From Flavobacteriales bacterium (GTDB lineage Bacteria; Bacteroidota; Bacteroidia; Palsa-965): DNA of 61,676 bases. The stretch covers positions 1 to 61,676 of the forward strand of contig JBEIPA010000029.1 in assembly GCA_040377305.1 (NCBI GenBank). The letters are read 5' to 3'. Within the stretch, counting starts at the first letter, position 1. Each line of letters opens with the position of its first letter. Positions 56,306 through 61,676 of this stretch are shown piece by piece. The notes under the pieces are model-generated. The model saw nothing but the letters and a program-made list of their open reading frames with translations. It was not told the origin of the DNA and did no database searches. The position numbers and the translations under genes were made by a program.

Positions 56306-56648
56306 GTCGTCCCTCGGTACAGCTGAAATATCCGTGAAATAAATATTCAAGCTTACTCAGTCTGACAGAAAACCTTGTCAGGCCGAGTAGACTTCTAAAT
56401 CTGCGGAGCAGTTTGTGATAATATTCGATCTGACAGAAAACCTTGTCAGGCCGAGTAGACTTCTAAATCTGCGGAGCAGTTTGTGATAATATTCGATCTG
56501 ACAGAAAACCTTGTCAGGCCGAGTAGAATTCTAAATCTGCGGAGCAGTTTGTGATAATATTCGATCTGACAGAAAACCTTGTCAGGCCGAGTAGACTTCT
56601 AAATCTGCGGAGCAGCTTGTGATAATATTCCGTCGTACCGAGGACGAC
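56306..56648. repeat. Head-to-head REP-like pair containing a 4 x 68-bp tandem array (56361-56630)
   Basis: Unit tctgacagaaaaccttgtcaggccgagtagacttctaaatctgcggagcagtttgtgataatattcga at 56361, 56429, 56497 and 56565; flanked by gtcgtccctcggtac and gtaccgaggacgac. Confidence 0.92.
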
Positions 56649-56652
56649 AAGG

Positions 56653-57609
56653 TTACACGAACCGCAAATCGTGATTAACACGAAATCCTCTCAGAAAATC
56701 ACTTACGCTCATTCTCTTTTTTCCAGGAGCCTGAATTTCTTTGATTACAACAATGCCGTCACGAACAGTTACATGCAATTCCTGATTTGAAGTTCCGATT
56801 TCACCTGAATGGTCGTTCTGTCGAAATTCAGCTACATAAACTTTGAGAGGGATTCGCTCTTCGCCATGGATCATTTCTGTCCACGCAGTTGGAAACGGGT
56901 TTAATCCGCGAATGTGGTCAACAATCGCTTTTCCATTGGCATTCCAGTCGATTTTGGTGTTCTCCCGGAATAATTTCGGTGCCTCTTTCAGCACCTCACC
57001 TGCAGCAATAAACGCATGTTGATCCTGAGGTAGAGCCTTTCCTTCCGCGATTGCATCTACTGTCTTCGCAACGAGTTCGGCACCAATCACCATCATCTTG
57101 TCGTGCAGTTGCCCGGCGGTTTCTGTAGCCTCAATCGGAATTTCCTCTCTGAAAATAATATTGCCGGTATCAATTTCCTGTTTCAGCAGAAATGTGGTTA
57201 CTCCGGTTTTAGTTTCCCCATTCATGATCGCCCGATTGATTGGCGCAGCACCACGATATTGCGGCAATAACGAACCATGCAGATTGAATGTTCCGAATTT
57301 TGGCATAGACCAAACAACTTCAGGAAGCATTCTAAATGCGACAACAATTCCCAGATCGGGTTGTAGTGCTTGTAACTCCGCTATAAACTCAGGTGATTTC
57401 AATTTCTCCGGCTGAAGCACAGGCACATTGTATTTTAACGCCATCTGCTTCACTTCACTCTGCTGCAATTGCAATCCACGACCGGAAGGTTTGTCTGGAG
57501 CAGTAATAACAGCAACTACATTGTACTTTTCCGAAAGTAGTTTCTCCAGCGAGCAAGCCGCGAAACCAGGAGTTCCCAGGAAAATAATTCGGAGTGATTT
57601 AGGATCCAT
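56653..57609 (-). CDS. fmt: Methionyl-tRNA formyltransferase
   Basis: IIFLGTPGFA, PDKPSGRG, VVAFRMLP, NLHGSLLPQYRGAAPIN; start at MDPKS (57609). Confidence 0.96.
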   Translation of the reverse strand: MDPKSLRIIFLGTPGFAACSLEKLLSEKYNVVAVITAPDKPSGRGLQLQQSEVKQMALKYNVPVLQPEKLKSPEFIAELQALQPDLGIVVAFRMLPEVVWSMPKFGTFNLHGSLLPQYRGAAPINRAIMNGETKTGVTTFLLKQEIDTGNIIFREEIPIEATETAGQLHDKMMVIGAELVAKTVDAIAEGKALPQDQHAFIAAGEVLKEAPKLFRENTKIDWNANGKAIVDHIRGLNPFPTAWTEMIHGEERIPLKVYVAEFRQNDHSGEIGTSNQELHVTVRDGIVVIKEIQAPGKKRMSVSDFLRGFRVNHDLRFV

Positions 57610-57615
57610 TACAAC

Positions 57616-57694
57616 AGTTCTCGGTTCTCTGTTCTCGGTTGAGCGTGGTACTTTGTTCTTTGTTTTCTTGACTGAGAACAGAGAACTGAGAACC
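57616..57694. repeat. GTTCTCG/GAGAAC heptamer inverted repeat upstream of fmt
   Basis: agttctcggttctctgttctcggtt...actgagaacagagaactgagaacc. Confidence 0.75.
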
Positions 57695-57695
57695 A

Positions 57696-58016
57696 CTAAC
57701 GTTTCTTGATTTCGAGCAAATCAATCGTTGCGCCCGCCATGCAAACACTCATACGATCAGGAGCCGCTTTGTATTTGATCCAGACTTTCGTGCTGTCCTT
57801 CTGAAACTCGGGTTGTAATCCGTCAGGCTCAAGTTTCGACTTGTCTTTATCAAGTTCAAGCATGTATCCGCATCCGTCTACTTCATAAGAAATAACCATT
57901 GCCTTCACAAAGCCTTGTGTTTCCATTTCAGAATCCGTCACTGTTTTCTGATGCTTGCAAGCGATCAAAACCAATGTAAAAATTGCAGCGACAAATAGTT
58001 TAGTATGTTTGCTCAT
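57696..58016 (-). CDS. Hypothetical lipoprotein (small OB-like domain, Cys pair)
   Basis: Start MSKHTK, lipobox LIAC; DGCGY.LEL...L.P..L..EF......VW..Y...MSVCMAG. Confidence 0.75.
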   Translation of the reverse strand: MSKHTKLFVAAIFTLVLIACKHQKTVTDSEMETQGFVKAMVISYEVDGCGYMLELDKDKSKLEPDGLQPEFQKDSTKVWIKYKAAPDRMSVCMAGATIDLLEIKKR

Positions 58017-58040
58017 GGGGCTAATGTTTCCGCAAAAATA

Positions 58041-59516
58041 GTGAATCATCGCATACATATTCTATTGGGGCCGCTGATTGCGGTGATCAGTGCTTTACTC
58101 GTCGGAATGCTCTCTGCACTCGATCAGAAGGTTGTATTTATGCTTGGCGTCGCAATCTGGATGGCATGGTGGTGGATGACAGAAGCTGTTCCTATTGCAG
58201 TTACAGCGCTTTTGCCTCTTGTGTTGATGCCCGTCTTTGGAATTGCTCCCGGAAAAGAAGTGGCGAAGCAATACATGGACAATATCATATTCCTGTTCAT
58301 TGGCGGATTCATTTTGGCTTTCGCTATGGAGAAATGGAATCTGCACAAGCGGATTGCTTACATCATTCTGAGTAGAGTAGGGACGCAACCATCGAGAATC
58401 CTATTAGGAGTGATGATCACAGCCTATGTTTTGTCGATGTGGATTTCAAATACCGCAAGTGTAATGATGCTGATTGCCGCTGTATTGGCGCTCATCAGTG
58501 AAATGGATGAACATTTCAAGAATGTACAGCACAAACGGAAAATTGCGGTCGCTTTACTCATTGGACTGGCCTATGCAGCAAGTATCGGTGGAATGGCCAC
58601 ATTAGTCGGAACTCCTACCAACATGATTTTCTACCGCGAATACATGCACGCTTTTCCGAATGCGACGGATATGGATTTCTTTCAGTGGGCGAAATTCGGA
58701 GTGCCGGTTTCCCTCTTATTGCTGGCGTCAGCATACGGAACTTTATATTTTATGTTCTGTCGCCACAACAACGTTTCTGTGGTGGGGAAAAATTACTTCC
58801 AGGACAAACTGAAATTGCTGGGCAAATGGACACACGAAGAAAAAATAGTCGCGACCGTTTTCTTTACTACGGTTACGTTGTGGTTCACACGTTCTGATAT
58901 TAACCTGGGACTATTCACTTTTCATGGATGGGGAAATATTTTCGGAGAACATGGCCATTATCTTGAAGATAGTACCATCGCGGTCCTTGCTGCAATTGCT
59001 TTGTTTGTCATCCCGGCTTCCGGCAAGAAAGGACAAATGATTGTATGGAAAGATGCAGAACGGATTCCGTTTGATGTAATTCTTCTTTTCGGTGGTGGAT
59101 TTGCGCTCGCATACGGATTTGAAGCATCCGGATTGAGCGAATGGTTGTCGGGAGCGCTCTCCGGATTAAAGACTGTTCACCCTGTTCTGATTGTGCTGGC
59201 AATTTCGGCGCTCATCTGTTTCATCAGTGAGTTTGCTTCAAATGTGGCGAGCATACAATTGGTGTTGCCGGTTTTAATTGCAGGATTCGGTGTCGGGACA
59301 ATTCACCCGTTATTTTTCCTTGTGCCTGCAGCATTGTCCGCTTCATTAGGATTCATGCTTCCGATTGCAACTCCGCCGAATACAATTGTGTACGGAACGA
59401 AGATGATCCACGCGAAAGAATTATCACGAGCGGGATTGGTTGTGAATGTGGCCGGTATTGCGGTGATTACGCTCTTGGCGTATCTGCTGTATAGCTTTGG
59501 ATATTACACGAATTGA
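58041..59516 (+). CDS. SLC13/DASS family sodium:dicarboxylate/sulfate symporter
   Basis: WWMTEAVPIAVTALLP, LSMWISNTAS, GTPTN, EFASN, FMLPIATPPN. Start uncertain (GTG 58041 chosen). Confidence 0.92.
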   Translation: MNHRIHILLGPLIAVISALLVGMLSALDQKVVFMLGVAIWMAWWWMTEAVPIAVTALLPLVLMPVFGIAPGKEVAKQYMDNIIFLFIGGFILAFAMEKWNLHKRIAYIILSRVGTQPSRILLGVMITAYVLSMWISNTASVMMLIAAVLALISEMDEHFKNVQHKRKIAVALLIGLAYAASIGGMATLVGTPTNMIFYREYMHAFPNATDMDFFQWAKFGVPVSLLLLASAYGTLYFMFCRHNNVSVVGKNYFQDKLKLLGKWTHEEKIVATVFFTTVTLWFTRSDINLGLFTFHGWGNIFGEHGHYLEDSTIAVLAAIALFVIPASGKKGQMIVWKDAERIPFDVILLFGGGFALAYGFEASGLSEWLSGALSGLKTVHPVLIVLAISALICFISEFASNVASIQLVLPVLIAGFGVGTIHPLFFLVPAALSASLGFMLPIATPPNTIVYGTKMIHAKELSRAGLVVNVAGIAVITLLAYLLYSFGYYTN

Positions 59517-59568
59517 TCCTTTTTTATCCGCCTAATCCGCTCAATCCGCGTTCTATTCTTTGGGAGAA

Positions 59569-60777
59569 TTACTCCACGTGCAGCACTAAGCCTTTCAAAT
59601 ATTCACCTTCCGGATGGAAAATCGAAATCGGATGACAAGAAGGCTGAGTCATGTGATGCATCAAACGTACATTTCTTCCAGCCTGAATAGATGCAGCAAC
59701 AATCGTATCCTGAAACAAGCGACGATCAACAACTTGCGAGCAGGAATACGTAAACAATATTCCACCGGGTTTGATCTTGCGAATTGCTTCCGCATTTAGG
59801 CGCTTGTAACCCATCACAGCATGGTGACGGGCACTCACACTTTTTGCAAATGCAGGCGGATCGAGAATGATGATATCGTATTCAATAGTTGCTTTGTCGA
59901 GAAAATCGAACGTATCAATTGCAAACGATTCGTGATTTGATAAACCATTCAACGCCATGTTCTCATCCGTTAGCGCAACAGCTTTCTTCGATGAATCAAC
60001 GCTGTGAACCAAAGATGCGCCTGCTTTCCCGGCGTAAACTGAAAATCCACCGGTGTAGCAGAACGTGTTCAACACCGATTTCCCTTTTGAATAGTGGGCG
60101 AGGAGTTTTCTGTTTTCACGCTGATCGATGAAGAATCCGGTTTTCTGTCCCGTTGTCCAATCGATCTTGAACCTGTTTCCGTGCTCCAGAACTTCTCCTG
60201 ATTCACCAGCGCTGCCGAGAATAAATCCATTCTGAGTTTCGCTGGCATCATTTTCCGAAGCTCCTTTTACCGAGCGGAACATCGCTTCTTTGCTCTTGTC
60301 GTAAACAGCAATCAAGCGATCACCCAGAATTTCTTTCAACGCATTCGCAATATCCATTCGGTTGCGATGCATTCCCACCGAGTGAGCCTGCAATACGGCA
60401 ACGCCATTATAGAAATCAACGATCAATCCCGGAAGACCATCGCCTTCAGCATAGATCAATCGGAACACATTTGTATTCGGATCGGAAGTAATTCCGGTTC
60501 TTACCCGGTAATCCCACGCCTTGCGGATTTTTGATTTCCAGAATTCAACACCCGGCTCAATCTGTTGAAACGAAAACACACGAATGGCAATCGATCCATC
60601 CTGGTAATGTCCGGTACCGAGATATTCTTCTTTGTTCGAATAAATATCTACGATATCGCCGTCCTGTACAGGTCCTTTGATTTTCTTAATTGCTCCGGAG
60701 AAAACCCAAGGGTGAAAACGGCGAAGAGATTGGTCTTTACCGGAAGAGAGGATGACGTGTGTGCGTTCTGAAATCAT
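59569..60777 (-). CDS. RlmI-like class I SAM-dependent rRNA methyltransferase
   Basis: HPWVFSGAI (PUA), EGDGLPGL, GQKTGFFIDQRENR, LDPPAFAK, EGEYLKG; start MISER after -7 box TACCTTTG (60782-60789, minus). Confidence 0.9.
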   Translation of the reverse strand: MISERTHVILSSGKDQSLRRFHPWVFSGAIKKIKGPVQDGDIVDIYSNKEEYLGTGHYQDGSIAIRVFSFQQIEPGVEFWKSKIRKAWDYRVRTGITSDPNTNVFRLIYAEGDGLPGLIVDFYNGVAVLQAHSVGMHRNRMDIANALKEILGDRLIAVYDKSKEAMFRSVKGASENDASETQNGFILGSAGESGEVLEHGNRFKIDWTTGQKTGFFIDQRENRKLLAHYSKGKSVLNTFCYTGGFSVYAGKAGASLVHSVDSSKKAVALTDENMALNGLSNHESFAIDTFDFLDKATIEYDIIILDPPAFAKSVSARHHAVMGYKRLNAEAIRKIKPGGILFTYSCSQVVDRRLFQDTIVAASIQAGRNVRLMHHMTQPSCHPISIFHPEGEYLKGLVLHVE

Positions 60778-60852
60778 GGCGCAAAGGTAGCCACAGATTA
60801 CACAGATTCGCAGAATTGCCAATGGAAAATCCTTGTAAATCCGCCCGATCCG

Positions 60853-61437
60853 CTAGATCCGCGTACTATTAAGCCGAAACCTATACGGCAACTTCGCATC
60901 CTTCCCCGCATAATCAACACCAATCCGCGGTCCGGCGATAATGTCTTGTGGCTTCACACTAATTCCGGTTTCTTCCACCCAGATTTTCTTTCCCGAAAGC
61001 AATTCTCCATTATTCTTCGTGGTAATTCCTAATGCCTGCGATACTGTTCCCGGACCTCCACAAAGCGTCGTGTCGACTTTCGTTTTGTTGCGACGCATCA
61101 GCATCCACTTGATTCCTTTCTCCGGCTGAATAGCACGTAGCAGAATTGCATGCGGAACACCTTTCTTGTTCGTCACGAAATTGAAGAGGTGATGAATTCC
61201 GTAACAGAGGTAAACGTAACTCATTCCACCTTGCTCGTACATGGTTTTGGTACGTTCAGTTAATCTTCCGCCGAATGCATGCGACGCACGATCCGAGACT
61301 CCTTCGTATGCTTCTGTCTCGGTGATGATGCCGCTGGTGATTACTCCGTCGAGTTTGGTCACAATGCGTTTGCCGAGGAGTTTTTTCGCCAGTTCGACGA
61401 CATCTTCGTCTTCAAAAAAGGATTGTGGTAAGCGCAT
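60853..61437 (-). CDS. DNA-3-methyladenine glycosylase (MPG/AAG family)
   Basis: ITETEAY, DRASHA, YVYLCYGIHH, AILLRA, GPG, PRIGV; start MRLPQ after -7 box TACCTTTG (61441-61448, minus). Confidence 0.93.
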   Translation of the reverse strand: MRLPQSFFEDEDVVELAKKLLGKRIVTKLDGVITSGIITETEAYEGVSDRASHAFGGRLTERTKTMYEQGGMSYVYLCYGIHHLFNFVTNKKGVPHAILLRAIQPEKGIKWMLMRRNKTKVDTTLCGGPGTVSQALGITTKNNGELLSGKKIWVEETGISVKPQDIIAGPRIGVDYAGKDAKLPYRFRLNSTRI

Positions 61438-61452
61438 TTGCAAAGGTAGTGA

Positions 61453-61676
61453 CAACCCCGCAAGCGTTTAACTCCTGCAGGGTCATGCGCGCGCGTATGC
61501 TACGTGAAAAATCTGGAACTAGTCGGGAGCAAACGTTTGAAATCGACTGGCAAACGATTTTACAACGCTACAAGGGTTAAGCCCTTGCAGGGTTATGCGC
61601 GCGTATGCTACGTGAAAAATCTGGAACTAGTCGGGAGCAAACGTTTGAAAACGGTTTGGATTTACAACTTGACACC
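61453..61676. repeat. Direct repeat (108-bp period) with REP-like hairpin in each unit
   Basis: Identical 54-mers at 61489-61542 and 61597-61650, each preceded by a caac..caag.gtt....tgcagggt hairpin; may continue past the window end. Confidence 0.85.

Noticed and set aside
56361-56630. CRISPR array
   Set aside because: Sequences between the hairpins are identical rather than unique spacers, and no cas genes are in the window.
1-61676. tRNA, rRNA, riboswitch or prophage
   Set aside because: No recognisable signatures by eye; an Infernal or tRNAscan run would be needed to exclude small RNAs.

Overview
A 61.7 kb chromosomal window from a Bacteroidota genome. The assignment rests on repeated TAnnTTTG -7 promoter boxes, two T9SS C-terminal-domain proteins, ribosomal protein THX and TPR-SpoIIE sensors. 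The window starts with the 3' end of an IS110-family transposase (missed by the ORF track) abutting a 5'-truncated MatB-like acyl-CoA synthetase. Recognisable modules are a Crp/Fnr-regulated rhodanese/persulfide dioxygenase/TauE cluster, a complete cyanophycin locus (cphA, cphB, iaaA), four periplasmic-TPR membrane sensors (three PP2C/SpoIIE, one adenylate cyclase-HD fusion), a tandemly duplicated beta-propeller lipoprotein + beta-barrel module, tandem HU genes and many housekeeping genes (dbpA, mnmE, pdxH, fmt, trmH-like, rlmI-like, mpg). Intergenic DNA is rich in REP-like inverted repeats, three of them locally amplified into tandem arrays (56, 68 and 108 bp periods). One structured element sits immediately after the stop codons of three consecutive genes (fmt, HU, HU). 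I saw no CRISPR array, tRNA, rRNA or prophage. The best candidates for undescribed biology are the post-stop structured element with its 68-bp array, the duplicated lipoprotein/beta-barrel module, the TPR-cyclase-HD fusion and the DUF4920-cytochrome c pair. All family calls are from motif recognition by eye, not database searches.
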